64,000 nt of DNA, taken from NCBI GenBank assembly GCA_963708135.1, contig OY970192.1:3008001-3072000 (forward strand), given 5' to 3'. The notes below the pieces were generated by a model. That model was not told the origin of the DNA. It ran no database searches and saw only the letters and a list, made by a program, of their open reading frames with translations. Position numbers and translations under genes: made by a program. Below are positions 31,232 to 41,204 of this stretch, piece by piece. The DNA is from an uncultured Gemmatimonadales bacterium. GTDB taxonomy: Bacteria > Gemmatimonadota > Gemmatimonadetes > Longimicrobiales > RSA9. Every line of letters begins with the position of its first letter. Position 1 is the stretch's first letter.

Positions 31232-32512
31232 CTACCCCAGTGCCTGCGTCAGGTCGGCGATGACGTCCTCCGGATGCTCGATGCCGACCGAGAGCCGGAT
31301 CAGCGCGGGCGTGATCCCCATCTCGAGCTGCGCCTCCGGGGGCACGTCGGCGTGCGTCATGGTGGCCGGGTGCTCGGCCAGCGACTCGGTGCCGCCCAGC
31401 GAGACGGCGAGCTTGACGAGGTGCAGCCGGTTCAGCACGCCGAACGCCTCCGCCTCGCCGCCGTGCACCTCGAAGGAGAAGGTCGAGCCCGGCGCGTGGC
31501 AGTGGCGCCGGTAGACGTCGAGCCGGTCGCCGTCGCCTTCCTCGAGGAACCCGAGGTAATTCACCTTCTTCACGCGCGGGTGGTCGGCCAGGAACTCGGC
31601 CACGTAGCGGGCGTTCTTCATCTGACTCGTCATGCGCAGCTTCAGCGTCTCGAGCGAGCGCATGAGCAGCCAGCCCGTCCACGGGCTCGCCATGGTGCCG
31701 AGGATCGTGCGCATCCCGCGCACGACCGCGATGTGCTTCTCCGCGCCCAGGCAGCCACCGGCGATCAGGTCGCTGTGCCCGCTCACGTACTTGGTCAGCG
31801 AGTAGAGGACCAGATCCGCGCCGTGCGCCAGCGGCTGCTGCCAGAGCGGCCCGAGGAAGGTGTTGTCCACGGCGACGATCGGCCGCCGCGCGCCTCCCTC
31901 CTCCAGCTCCGCCGCCCGGGCGGCGCACGCCTCGATGTCCACGAGCGCGTTCGTCGGGTTGGCCGGGCTCTCGACGTAGATCATCGCCACCCGCCCCTCC
32001 GCCGCCGCGAGCGCCTCGTCCAGCGCGCCCGGCTCCCCCGCCGCGAAGCCGATCCGCTTCACCCCGAACTGCGGCAGGATGTTGTGCAGCAGGAACTCGG
32101 TCCCGCCGTAGACGGGCTGGCTGTGGAGCACGGTGTCGCCGGGGCGCAGGAAGGAGAAGAGCGTGGTCGCGATCGCGGCCATGCCGCTCGAGAAGACCAG
32201 CGCCGACTCCGCCTCGTCCCACAGCGCCAGCCGATCCTCCAACACCTCGAGGTCCGGGTTGTTGATGCGCGAGTATATGAGCCCCGGCTCCTCCGCCGGC
32301 CCCTTCTCCCTCAGCCCGTACGCCAGCTCGAAGAACGCCTTGCCGTCCTCCGCCGACTTGAAGGCGAAGGTCGAAGTCTGGAAGATCGGCACCTTCACCG
32401 AGCCCTCCGAGAGCTGCGGGTCGTAGCCGTAGCTCATCATGAGCGTCTCGGGCCTCAGCGCGTGCCCGCCGATCGACCGCTTCATGTATTTCTTGCGCTT
32501 AGATTCGTCCAT
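31232..32512 (-). CDS. cystathionine gamma-synthase/methionine gamma-lyase family PLP enzyme
   Basis: YSRINNP, SGMAAI, ESPANP, DNTF, SLTKYVSGHSD and RLSVGIE. Confidence 0.9.
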   Translation of the reverse strand: MDESKRKKYMKRSIGGHALRPETLMMSYGYDPQLSEGSVKVPIFQTSTFAFKSAEDGKAFFELAYGLREKGPAEEPGLIYSRINNPDLEVLEDRLALWDEAESALVFSSGMAAIATTLFSFLRPGDTVLHSQPVYGGTEFLLHNILPQFGVKRIGFAAGEPGALDEALAAAEGRVAMIYVESPANPTNALVDIEACAARAAELEEGGARRPIVAVDNTFLGPLWQQPLAHGADLVLYSLTKYVSGHSDLIAGGCLGAEKHIAVVRGMRTILGTMASPWTGWLLMRSLETLKLRMTSQMKNARYVAEFLADHPRVKKVNYLGFLEEGDGDRLDVYRRHCHAPGSTFSFEVHGGEAEAFGVLNRLHLVKLAVSLGGTESLAEHPATMTHADVPPEAQLEMGITPALIRLSVGIEHPEDVIADLTQALG

Positions 32513-32592
32513 TGCGTGCCCCCTGGGTGCCGGGCCGTTGACTCGGGCCCTCGGCTAAGGGTATGGCGCGGGTGCGCGGGGGGCAAAGAGGC

Positions 32593-32624
32593 AGAGTGGG
32601 AGAGTGGGAGAGTGGGAGAGTGGG
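32593..32624. repeat. (AGAGTGGG)4 tandem repeat, intergenic
   Basis: Read directly from the sequence. Confidence 0.85.
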
Positions 32625-32825
32625 CGAAGATTGCGGGGACCGCGCGTTGCCGGGCCAGGAGCCCGCCGGGCGCCGCCTTCACGGCGGGCGCGGGCGCCGC
32701 GGCGGCGGGAGCCTTCCGGGCCCGCGAAGCGCGCCAGGCCCGGCACCCCGGCCAGGCGCAGCGCCGGCGGCCCGGGGTCCCCCCACTCCGCCACTCCCCC
32801 GTTCGGGGGCGGCGTGGCGGAAGGG

Positions 32826-33368
32826 CTACCGCCAGCCCGCCTCCCGCAGCCCGGCCACCCCAGCGCGTGCGTAGTCGATGACGGCCCACGCGCTCACTGC
32901 CACGACCAGCGGCAGGAACCACGCGAACCAGGCTGGGCGGACGAGGAGCAGCACCAGGGCGGCGAGCTGGAGCGCCGTCGCCCACTTGCCGGGCCGGCGC
33001 GAGCGCAGATGCAGCGGCAGGCGAAGGAGCAGCACGGCCAGGTAGCCGGCGGCGGTGAAGAGGTCGCGCAGCAGCAGGAGCGCGAGCTGCCAGAGCTCGA
33101 GCCGGCCGAGCGCCAGGAAGGTGCCGAGCGCCGTCAGCACGAAGACACGGTCCGCCACCGGGTCGAGCAGTTCGCCGGCACGCGAGGTCTGGCCCCACCG
33201 GCGGGCCAGCCGCCCATCCAGCCACTCCGTCGCCGCCGCCGCCAGCAGCACCCCACCTCGCGACGCATCCCCCGGCGCCAGTGCGAACGCCGGCGCCAGC
33301 GCCAGCCGCACGAACGAGAGGGCGTTCGGCAGCGTGGCCAGCCGGCCCGTCCGATCGGGCTTGCGCAT
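32826..33368 (-). CDS. CDP-alcohol phosphatidyltransferase family protein
   Basis: PNALSFVR; DGRLARRWGQTSRAGELLDPVAD. Confidence 0.85.
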   Translation of the reverse strand: MRKPDRTGRLATLPNALSFVRLALAPAFALAPGDASRGGVLLAAAATEWLDGRLARRWGQTSRAGELLDPVADRVFVLTALGTFLALGRLELWQLALLLLRDLFTAAGYLAVLLLRLPLHLRSRRPGKWATALQLAALVLLLVRPAWFAWFLPLVVAVSAWAVIDYARAGVAGLREAGWR

Positions 33369-33400
33369 GCCTGCCACGCCAACCGTCTCCAACCTCGGCC

Positions 33401-33610
33401 TCAATCCTCCAGGGTGAAGCCTACCTTCACCGTCACCTGCCAGTGAACGATCGAGCCGCCCTCGATGTGACCGCGAGTCTCCGTCACCTCGAACCAGCGC
33501 AGGTTGTGCAGCGTCTTCGACGCCCGCTCCACCGCGTTGCGGATCGCGGCCTCCACCCCCTCGGCCGACGACCCCGTGAGCTCGACGTGCTTGTACACGT
33601 GGTCCGCCAT
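33401..33610 (-). CDS. dodecin (flavin-binding)
   Basis: [12 protein letters not shown]...LRWFEV...WQVTVKVGF; 69 aa. Confidence 0.92.
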   Translation of the reverse strand: MADHVYKHVELTGSSAEGVEAAIRNAVERASKTLHNLRWFEVTETRGHIEGGSIVHWQVTVKVGFTLED

Positions 33611-33649
33611 CGCTCCTCCCATCCACGAGAGAGCCTCTCGCCCTGCAAT

Positions 33650-34030
33650 CCACGCGCCGAAGCAGCCCGTATCCGAATCCAGCCCGCGCGGGACCCGAAT
33701 CCGGCTTCTCCCGGCTGTGGCGGATGAACCGGGGTCGCGACCCGGGGCCTTCACCACCCCCTCCACTGTCGAGCAAGATCGAGAAGTGGACCTCATCTCG
33801 GCGGCCCGGATCCCGCTTTCGATCGGTTTCCGAGAAGAAACGCGCACCGGGCGCGGCGGCACGACCTCGCGAACGCAATCTCGCTCGGTTTCCGGGAAAG
33901 ATCGGCATGACGGGCATCTGGCCCACCTCCGCCTCCCGATCTTTCTCGCAACGACCGGATTGCCGCGCTTCCTGCCAGCACCCGATCCACGAACCGAAGT
34001 CACCGGATGGCGGGTTCCGGGCGCTGCGCC
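33650..34030. repeat. intergenic partly palindromic element, related to 53560-53900
   Basis: 26/30 direct match 33821-33850 vs 53676-53705; 12/12 inverted match 33671-33682 vs 53879-53890. Confidence 0.55.
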
Positions 34031-34160
34031 TCCTGGCTTCTGCGGCGTCGCCCGGGATTCGTGTCCCACGCCGCACCCCCCAAACATCCGGGCCGCTCCA
34101 GATGTATATACTTGGTTCCCGCTGTGCAGTCGTACCCACGCAGCAACCCAGGAGCCACGT

Positions 34161-34568
34161 ATGACCCGCATCCGCACCACCCTCGCCGCCGCGGCCCTCG
34201 CCTTCCTCGCCGCGGCGCCCCTCGCCGCACAGGGCGCCAAGCAGGCCCCGGCCGACGCGTCCGGCGCGTGGACGCTCACGTCCACCACCCCGCGCGGCGA
34301 GCGCACCTCGAAGCTCACGCTCGTGCAGAAGGGCAGCGAGCTGACCGGCAGCCTCGAGGCCCGCATGGGCGAGGTCGCCATCTCCGACGGCTCGATCAAG
34401 GACGGCAAGGTGGCGTTCACCGTCACCATGGGCCGTGGCGAGCGGACCTTCAAGATGGTCTACGAGGGCACGCTGAAGGGCGACGCCATCGAGGGCACCT
34501 ACACCACGCCCCGCGGCGACAAGGTCCCCTTCAAGGCGACGAAGGGCGCACCGCCCGCGTCGAACTAG
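34161..34568 (+). CDS. secreted hypothetical small beta-rich protein
   Basis: Signal peptide; SGAW...LTG..; host-like codon usage; AGGAG RBS. Confidence 0.7.
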   Translation: MTRIRTTLAAAALAFLAAAPLAAQGAKQAPADASGAWTLTSTTPRGERTSKLTLVQKGSELTGSLEARMGEVAISDGSIKDGKVAFTVTMGRGERTFKMVYEGTLKGDAIEGTYTTPRGDKVPFKATKGAPPASN

Positions 34569-34685
34569 CGGACTCGCCGGCCCCGACGCTCCCGCGCGCT
34601 GGTAGCGCGGCACGGCGTCGGGGCGTTGTCCGTCTCCGCGGCCCGGAGCTATATAGATAGCCGGCTCTTCTATCGGACGAACGGT

Positions 34686-35777
34686 ATGCCCTCCTCCCGC
34701 CGCTTCCCGCTTCTCGCCGCCGGGGCGCTCTCCGCCGCCGTGGGCCTCCACGGCACCGCCGCGCTGGCGCAGCAGCCGGACTCCGCGGTGCTGCGAGGCC
34801 GTGTGCTGGCGGCCGAATCGGGCCAGCCGCTACCCTTCGCCGTGCTGGAGCTCCCCGGCACCAATCGCCAGGTGCTCACCGACGCGGCCGGGCGGTTCCA
34901 GCTCGCGCAGCCGCCGGGGCCGTTCACCGTGCGGGCGGAATACCTCGGCTACAGCAGCGCCGATACGACGCTGCAGGGCGGCGGGGCGGGCGGCTTCGTC
35001 GAGCTGCGCCTCCAGCGGCAGCCGCTCGAGCTGGCGGCCGTCGAGGCGAAGGGGGAGGCGCGCGAGTGCACGCGGAGCGGATTCACGGATTCGGCCAGCA
35101 GCGCGAGCGTGGCGGCCCTCGCCGATGAGGTGAGGAAGAACGGGACCCGGTTCCACGTTTTCGCGGAGTCGTTCCCATTCAGGGAGCGCTTCTCCCGGGC
35201 CGGTACGTACCTGGACGACAGCGTCGCGGTGGCCACCCGGAGGGACACGGTCGTGCAGGGCTCGCAGAGTGCGTACGAGCCCGGCGGCGCGCTCGTCCGG
35301 AGAGAGGCGCCCGGCGGCCGGACGTCCTACATGCTGTGGGGTCCCTCCGCCTACGCACTGTCGGACCCGACGTTCCAGGCCAGCCACTGCTTCCGCTACG
35401 GCGGCACCGAAACGCTCGAAGGGACACCCGTCTACCGCGTGGATATCGTACCGCTGTCCAGCATCCGGGGCCCGGACGTGCGCGGGTTCCTCCTCCTCGA
35501 CAAGACGACCCTTGTGCTCCGCCGCGCGGTCTTCTACGTCGTCAACCTCCCGCACGGGCTGTTGTTCTCCGACGTCCGGCTGCAGGGCGATTTCCACGAG
35601 ATCGCACCCGGCCTCCTCGTGCCGCAGCGGATCCGGACGACCGAACGGCTGCACCACGTGAAGATCAGCGGCAGGAGCGTGAACGGCTACAGCGAGATCA
35701 AGACACTCGTCGATCTCGAATTCAGCGGTCTCCCACCCGCCACGCTACCGCCGCGGCTGCGCCGTCCCCCCGAATAG
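34686..35777 (+). CDS. secreted protein with carboxypeptidase-regulatory-like domain
   Basis: LRGRVL..ESGQPLPFA...TDAAGRF...LGY. Confidence 0.7.
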   Translation: MPSSRRFPLLAAGALSAAVGLHGTAALAQQPDSAVLRGRVLAAESGQPLPFAVLELPGTNRQVLTDAAGRFQLAQPPGPFTVRAEYLGYSSADTTLQGGGAGGFVELRLQRQPLELAAVEAKGEARECTRSGFTDSASSASVAALADEVRKNGTRFHVFAESFPFRERFSRAGTYLDDSVAVATRRDTVVQGSQSAYEPGGALVRREAPGGRTSYMLWGPSAYALSDPTFQASHCFRYGGTETLEGTPVYRVDIVPLSSIRGPDVRGFLLLDKTTLVLRRAVFYVVNLPHGLLFSDVRLQGDFHEIAPGLLVPQRIRTTERLHHVKISGRSVNGYSEIKTLVDLEFSGLPPATLPPRLRRPPE

Positions 35778-35867
35778 CCCGGCACGCGCCGGCCACGCGT
35801 GCCCGCTGCCCGGCCTTCCTCTTGCACCCCTTCCCTGCGCCCTGCACCACGAGCCCGAGGAACAGCC

Positions 35868-37577
35868 TTGCCCGACCTGCAAGACCTCGCCGCCGCCCTG
35901 CGCCGCCTGGACGGCAAGGGCTACAAGGCCTACAAGGACGTGAAGGGCCGCTACGACGCCGGCCGCTTCACGCTGTCGATCGACCACGTGCAGGGCGACC
36001 CGTTCGCCGAGCCGAGCCGGCTGCGGGCGCTCGTGCCGGCGGACTCCGCGGCGCTGCCCGAGTGGGCGCTGCGCAACGAGGCCCGCCGCACGGCCGCGGC
36101 GGACTTCCTGAACCGGGCGCTGGAGGCGGCGCTCCGGCGGCGCGCGTCGGACCGCGGCTCCGGGAAGAGCGGCGAGCTGTTCGTCCTCCGCCCCGGCCAG
36201 GAGGTGCTCGTCCGGGCCGCCATGGCGGTGAGCCCCGACGGGGCCGTGGAGGCCCGCTTCCGCGCGGGGCTGCCGGCGCGGGGGCGTCGCATCCTCGGGC
36301 GAGAGGCGGCGGAGCTGCTCACCGGAGATGTGCCCGCCGCCGTCGAGGCGGCGCTGCTCTTCGAGTCGCTGGACGCCGATGCGCTGCGGCTGCACGTGGA
36401 GAGCGTGGAGGACGCGCGGGCGCTGCGGGCGGCGCTGGCGGAGCAGGGCCTCGTCGCCTTCGTGGCCGATGGCGCGCACCTGCCGCGCAGGAGCGGCATC
36501 GACGACCGGCCGCTGCCGTTCGAGGATGCCGTCCCCTTTCGCGCGCCCGACTCGCTGCACGTGACGCTCCACGCGCCCAATGCAGGCGACGTCGCCGGCC
36601 TCGGCATCCGCGCGGGCGTCACCCTCATCGTGGGCGGCGGGTTCCACGGCAAGTCCACGCTGCTGCGCGCCATCGAGCGCGGCGTCTACGACCACGTCCC
36701 GGGCGATGGCCGCGAGCGGGTGGTGGCGGTGGCGGACGCGGTGAAGGTGCGGGCGGAGGACGGGCGGGCGGTGGCGGGCACGGACATCTCGAACTTCATC
36801 GGCCGGCTGCCCGGCGGCGGCGACACGCGCGCGTTCCGGACCGCGAACGCGAGCGGCTCGACCTCGCAGGCGGCGGCCATCGCGGAGGCGCTGGAGGTCG
36901 GCTGCGCCTGCCTGCTGCTGGACGAGGACACCTCGGCCACCAACTTCATGATCCGCGACGCGCGCATGCAGGCGCTGATCGCGGACGAGCACGAGCCGAT
37001 CACGCCCTTCATCGACCGCGCCCGCCAGCTGGCCGACGAGCTCGGCGTCTCGACCCTCCTCGTCGTGGGCGGCAGCGGCGACTACTTCGACGTGGCCGAC
37101 ACCGTCATCGCGATGCGCGACTACGTCCCCGCCGAGGTCACGGCGCAGGCACGCCGCATCGCCCGCGAGCAGCCGACCCGCCGCGCGCACGAGGGCGGTC
37201 CCTGGCGGGACGTCGCGGCGCGCGTGCCGCTCCCCGCCTCGCTCGACCCGAGCCGCGGCCGCCACGACGTGCACCTGCGCACGCGCTCCGAGGAGCGGAT
37301 CCTCTTCGGCACGCAGGAGGTCGAGCTCTCGGCGGTCGAGCAGATCGTCGAGACGGGGCAGACGCGCGCCATGGGCGAGGCGATCGCGTGGGCGCGCGGC
37401 CGGGCGCTGGACGGGGAGCGCAACATGGCGGAGGCGCTGCGCGAGATCATGGCCACGCTAGAGCGCGACGGGCTGGACGCCTTCCAGCGCCACGAGGCAG
37501 GCGAGCTCGCCGCGTTCCGCATCTACGAGCTGGCCGCGTTCCTCAACCGGATCCGGGGACTCGAAACCCGCGGCTGA
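35868..37577 (+). CDS. ABC-ATPase domain-containing protein (PF09818-like)
   Basis: VQGDPFAEPS, GGGFHGKST, ASGSTSQAA, DEDTSATNFMIRD and GGSGDY; TTG start. Confidence 0.85.
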   Translation: MPDLQDLAAALRRLDGKGYKAYKDVKGRYDAGRFTLSIDHVQGDPFAEPSRLRALVPADSAALPEWALRNEARRTAAADFLNRALEAALRRRASDRGSGKSGELFVLRPGQEVLVRAAMAVSPDGAVEARFRAGLPARGRRILGREAAELLTGDVPAAVEAALLFESLDADALRLHVESVEDARALRAALAEQGLVAFVADGAHLPRRSGIDDRPLPFEDAVPFRAPDSLHVTLHAPNAGDVAGLGIRAGVTLIVGGGFHGKSTLLRAIERGVYDHVPGDGRERVVAVADAVKVRAEDGRAVAGTDISNFIGRLPGGGDTRAFRTANASGSTSQAAAIAEALEVGCACLLLDEDTSATNFMIRDARMQALIADEHEPITPFIDRARQLADELGVSTLLVVGGSGDYFDVADTVIAMRDYVPAEVTAQARRIAREQPTRRAHEGGPWRDVAARVPLPASLDPSRGRHDVHLRTRSEERILFGTQEVELSAVEQIVETGQTRAMGEAIAWARGRALDGERNMAEALREIMATLERDGLDAFQRHEAGELAAFRIYELAAFLNRIRGLETRG

Positions 37578-37616
37578 CGGAGCCCTCCGCGTCATGCCGC
37601 CCCGCCCCGAACATGA

Positions 37617-38501
37617 TTACGCCGGCGGCGGCGCGGAGACGGGCGTCGCCTGCTCGGGGAAGTAGCCCCTGGCGTGCAGGCCGAGCAGGGCGATCGTCGC
37701 GAGCAGCGCGATGTCGGCGAAGAGGAGCGGCGCGAAGATCGGCGGCCCGTAGAGCACGCGCTCGCGCAGGGTGGCGGGCGATGGCTCGAGCAGCGGCCAC
37801 ACGTGCAGGCCGAAGCCGAGCAGGCCGACGGCGCACTGGAGCGCCATCACGCCAAGCGTCACGCGGTAGAAGAGCGCGGACTGCGGCCGCAGCATCGGCA
37901 GCAACAGGAACGACACCGCGAGCGCGGCGGAACCCACGGCCAGCCACTCCGCGGGGTTGAAGAAGCCGTTCTGCGCGTGGTCCACGAGCGCGAGGCCGAA
38001 GTCGCCGGCGAAGCCGCCCAGGGCGAGGAACAGGACCCACTGTGCCCAGGCCAGGCTGTGGTGTGGCACCATGCGGTTGAGCAGCACGAGGAATCCCAGC
38101 CCGGTGAACGCGAGCGGCGCCAGGAACGGCGCGGAGTAGACGAGGCCGCGCAGCGTGAGCGTGTGGAAGAACATGCCGTTGAGGTGCCAGGCCAGCCCGG
38201 CCACGCCCACGGCGATCGAGGCGCAGCCGACCACCAGTCCGATCCAGCGCCCCGCACCGCGGTGGAACGGGCGCACCATCACGAGGCCGGTGAAGAGGGC
38301 GAGGGCGCCGGCGGGCGCGAAGGCGAGCGGGATCCACTCGGCCGGGTTTCGGAACGCGTTCGCGGAGTGGGCCAGGAAGATGTCGAGGGTCAGGAAGGCG
38401 AGGTTCGCCGCCGCGAAGGCCTCGACGACGAGCGGCAGCGCGCCCGGAAAATGGGCGCGGACGGCCAGGAGCCGGTCCGGGCTAGCGGCCGGCCCCGGCA
38501 C
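37617..38501 (-). CDS. polytopic membrane protein with internal duplication, partner of the multiheme cytochrome
   Basis: About 8 TMs; repeated H..N.F.NPAEW and Y..P..APL motifs; overlaps the cytochrome stop. Confidence 0.7.
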   Translation of the reverse strand: MPGPAASPDRLLAVRAHFPGALPLVVEAFAAANLAFLTLDIFLAHSANAFRNPAEWIPLAFAPAGALALFTGLVMVRPFHRGAGRWIGLVVGCASIAVGVAGLAWHLNGMFFHTLTLRGLVYSAPFLAPLAFTGLGFLVLLNRMVPHHSLAWAQWVLFLALGGFAGDFGLALVDHAQNGFFNPAEWLAVGSAALAVSFLLLPMLRPQSALFYRVTLGVMALQCAVGLLGFGLHVWPLLEPSPATLRERVLYGPPIFAPLLFADIALLATIALLGLHARGYFPEQATPVSAPPPA

Positions 38502-39735
38502 GCTCCGCTCCGTGCCCGGCGCGCAGCGCCGCGGCCTCGGCCCGCAGCTCGACCAGCCCGCGCGTGAGCTCGTAGTTGCCGTGCCACTGCACGAAGTCGG
38601 CGCCGCCCATGAAGGCGCCGTGCTTGGCCGTCCGGCCGGCATAGTGCCAGTAGTCGAAGTAGTCGAAGTCGATCGGGCGCGAGTAGGGCGCCCCCAGCAG
38701 GCCCGCGCCGCGCAGCGAGCTCATCACGCCCTGCGCCTCGCGGACGCGCGCGTTGACGGAGACGAGCACCTGCTCGGCCTGGGCGAAGAAGCGGCGCGTG
38801 TGGGGCTCGGTGTGGCACTGGTCGCACACCGCCATCATCGCCTCGCGGCCGCGCAGGTAGTTCGGCCGCTTCGTCGAGACTTCCGCGAAGAGGTACCAGG
38901 AGAGGCGCTGCCCCACGTCGTGCGTCGAGCCGGTGCCGCCCAGCCCGCTCATGTGGCACGTCGCGCACGTGGGAACCGGCATGTCCTCCGCCGTGAGCCG
39001 GCCGGCCGGCGCCGACAGGTTCATCTGCGGGCGCAGCAGGTTGAACAGCACGCCGTGCTTCGACTCCGTGTAGATCTCGAGCTGCGAGTGGTCCGGCCCC
39101 ATGTGGCATTGCCCGCAGGTCTCCGGCAGCCGGGCCAGCGCGACGGAGGCCTGGTGCCGCCCGTGGCACGCCGTGCAGCTCCCGATCGAGCCGTCGGCGT
39201 TGGGCCTGCCGATCGAGTGACACGAGACGCAGCCCGCGCGCAACGCGACGCCGCCCTCGAGCGCCGCCAGCGCGTTCGGCGGCCGCTTCACCGCCCCCGG
39301 ATTGTGCGCCTCCGCGAGCTGGATCTGCTCCGGCGTGAACGCCGAGTCCCCCAGGATCGCGGCGTAGGCCGGCGCCGCGTGCCGGCTGCGCACGTACTCC
39401 CGGTATTCCCGCGCGTGACAGCTCGAGCAGTTCAGCGACGTCACCGTCCGCGCCAGCACGAAGCCGCGGTGCTCCAGCTTCTCCTGGCCATCCGCCGCGC
39501 CGTGGCAGTCCAGGCAGGTGATGCCCGCGGCCGCGTGCCGGCTCAGCTCGTACTCGTGCACGATCGCCGCCGTCTCCTCCCGGTGGCAGGACGCGCACTT
39601 GCCCGTCGCGCGCACCAGCTCCGGTCGCGGCTGCGCCCGCTCGATCGCCGGCCGCCGACTGTTGATCAGCAGCGCGCCGAGAATGAGCGCCGTCGCCGCC
39701 ACGACCGCGATGAACACGGCCCGGAAGGAGGCCAT
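38482..39735 (-). CDS. octaheme cytochrome c, hydroxylamine oxidoreductase (HAO)-like
   Basis: Eight CxxCH motifs; CGQCHMGPDH..EIYTESKHG; PTCATCHM; N-terminal TM. Confidence 0.85.
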   Translation of the reverse strand: MASFRAVFIAVVAATALILGALLINSRRPAIERAQPRPELVRATGKCASCHREETAAIVHEYELSRHAAAGITCLDCHGAADGQEKLEHRGFVLARTVTSLNCSSCHAREYREYVRSRHAAPAYAAILGDSAFTPEQIQLAEAHNPGAVKRPPNALAALEGGVALRAGCVSCHSIGRPNADGSIGSCTACHGRHQASVALARLPETCGQCHMGPDHSQLEIYTESKHGVLFNLLRPQMNLSAPAGRLTAEDMPVPTCATCHMSGLGGTGSTHDVGQRLSWYLFAEVSTKRPNYLRGREAMMAVCDQCHTEPHTRRFFAQAEQVLVSVNARVREAQGVMSSLRGAGLLGAPYSRPIDFDYFDYWHYAGRTAKHGAFMGGADFVQWHGNYELTRGLVELRAEAAALRAGHGAERAGAGR

Positions 39736-39905
39736 TCGTCTCGCTCCGCATGGGGTCACCGCAGCGGCCGGCGACGCGCACCCGCGCACCGCCTTCGGCC
39801 GCACCGGGACGCAAGGTAAGGGATTCGGGGCCGTGCGTCAGGTCGGGACCCTATCGGGGCCCCGCCCGACAGCGGAGGGATGGGAAGCGAGGCTTTCCGG
39901 CCGGC

Positions 39906-40262
39906 TCAGGCCCGGTCGAAGGCGTCCAGCGCCGCCGGCAACGACTCCACCACCCGCGCACCCGCCGCCGGCAGACCCAGCAGCACCGCGCTGATCAGCT
40001 CCCGCCGGCTGGCCCCGGCCCGCCTGGCCACCACCGCCTTCTCCCCGATCGCGTCCTCCAGCCCCAGCGCCGCCGCCACCGCCGCGCCCGCCAGCGCCGA
40101 CGTCTTCGCGTCCAGCGCCGACGCCTGCTCCAGCCCGCTCGTTGCCTCCAGCCACGCGTACGCATGGGCCGGCGCCTCGTCCATCAGCCGGCGCATCGCC
40201 GCGCTCACCCCATGGAAGCTCCGCCGGCGCTCCGCCGGAGCCGCGCTCAACCGCGTCGCCAT
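39906..40262 (-). CDS. carboxymuconolactone decarboxylase/AhpD-like protein
   Basis: SALDAKTSAL...ARRAGASRRELISAVLLGLPAAG. Confidence 0.65.
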   Translation of the reverse strand: MATRLSAAPAERRRSFHGVSAAMRRLMDEAPAHAYAWLEATSGLEQASALDAKTSALAGAAVAAALGLEDAIGEKAVVARRAGASRRELISAVLLGLPAAGARVVESLPAALDAFDRA

Positions 40263-40639
40263 CCTCCCGCTCCTTCCAATGCGAACGCGCCGGGCTCCGC
40301 CGCTCCCGGCGGGGCCGTCCATTCCCGACGGCCGCCGGCGCCGAGGCCTCCCAGTGCACGCGGCGCGCCCCCGCGGCCGGCGCCTTCGCGCGGCCGGTTT
40401 CTGCGCACCGTGGCGCGGAATTCCGGCCGCGGGGCGTTGCGCCCCGCTCGGCCGCTGTGGGGCAGTTCGCCCCAGGGGCCCTGACCGCGCGTGGCGGTGC
40501 GCGACGGGAGCGGCCGCTACCGGGAGCTCGACCCGAGCCCGATTGGCCGCGAGCAGCATGCGCTTGCACCGCCGCGTGCCCAGCGACCGCTCCGGGCAGG
40601 GCATCCGCCGAGAGAAGTTCCGTAGCGAGGCAAAAGCTC

Positions 40640-40671
40640 TTGTCCGACAACGAGTTGACAACTGGTTGACA
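40640..40671. promoter_or_regulatory. AT-richer operator/promoter-like site between divergent genes
   Basis: Palindrome TTGTCCGACAA followed by TTGACA at 40655 and 40666 (11 bp period). Confidence 0.45.
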
Positions 40672-40809
40672 GGTGATGGCCATCATTGCCGGGCCAGAGT
40701 CGAGACAATCCCGGCTTCCAGGACCGGAGAAATCCTCCGGCCCGTTCGCCCCGGCCGGCGGACGCATGCCGCGACGGGGCGAGATTGCACACAACCAGGA
40801 GGTATCCCG

Positions 40810-41103
40810 ATGACAAGCCGCACGCTCCTGCTGGTCACAGGCTTCAGCACCCTCGTCGTGCTCGGCGCGTGCTCCGATCCGGTGGGTCCGGGCAACGTCC
40901 TCGCCGGCCAGCATCCTTCGGTCAGCTTGGATGTCCAGCCGGGCTCACAAGGCCCGGCCCGGAAGTGCGACGCTTCGGATGCGGCCGCCGCGGGTGCGCT
41001 GAACATGCTGCAGGACCCGACCATGTGGACGATTCCGATGGCACGCGACGCGGCGCAGGGAAACGACGGGATGTTCCACGCCGTGGGCGTCTCCGGCTGC
41101 TGA
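40810..41103 (+). CDS. small hypothetical lipoprotein
   Basis: AGGAGG RBS; LGAC lipobox. Confidence 0.6.
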   Translation: MTSRTLLLVTGFSTLVVLGACSDPVGPGNVLAGQHPSVSLDVQPGSQGPARKCDASDAAAAGALNMLQDPTMWTIPMARDAAQGNDGMFHAVGVSGC

Positions 41104-41118
41104 GCCCTTCCCGCGGGC

Positions 41119-41148
41119 CCGGGCAGGCTGCTCGGGCAGCCTGTCCGG
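41119..41148. terminator. hairpin between convergent genes
   Basis: CCGGGCAGGCTGC-TCGG-GCAGCCTGTCCGG. Confidence 0.5.
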
Positions 41149-41204
41149 CCGGGCCAGCGTCCAATCGGGGAGTGCTCCGCACGTGAGAACGGATTCCGCC
41201 GTTC

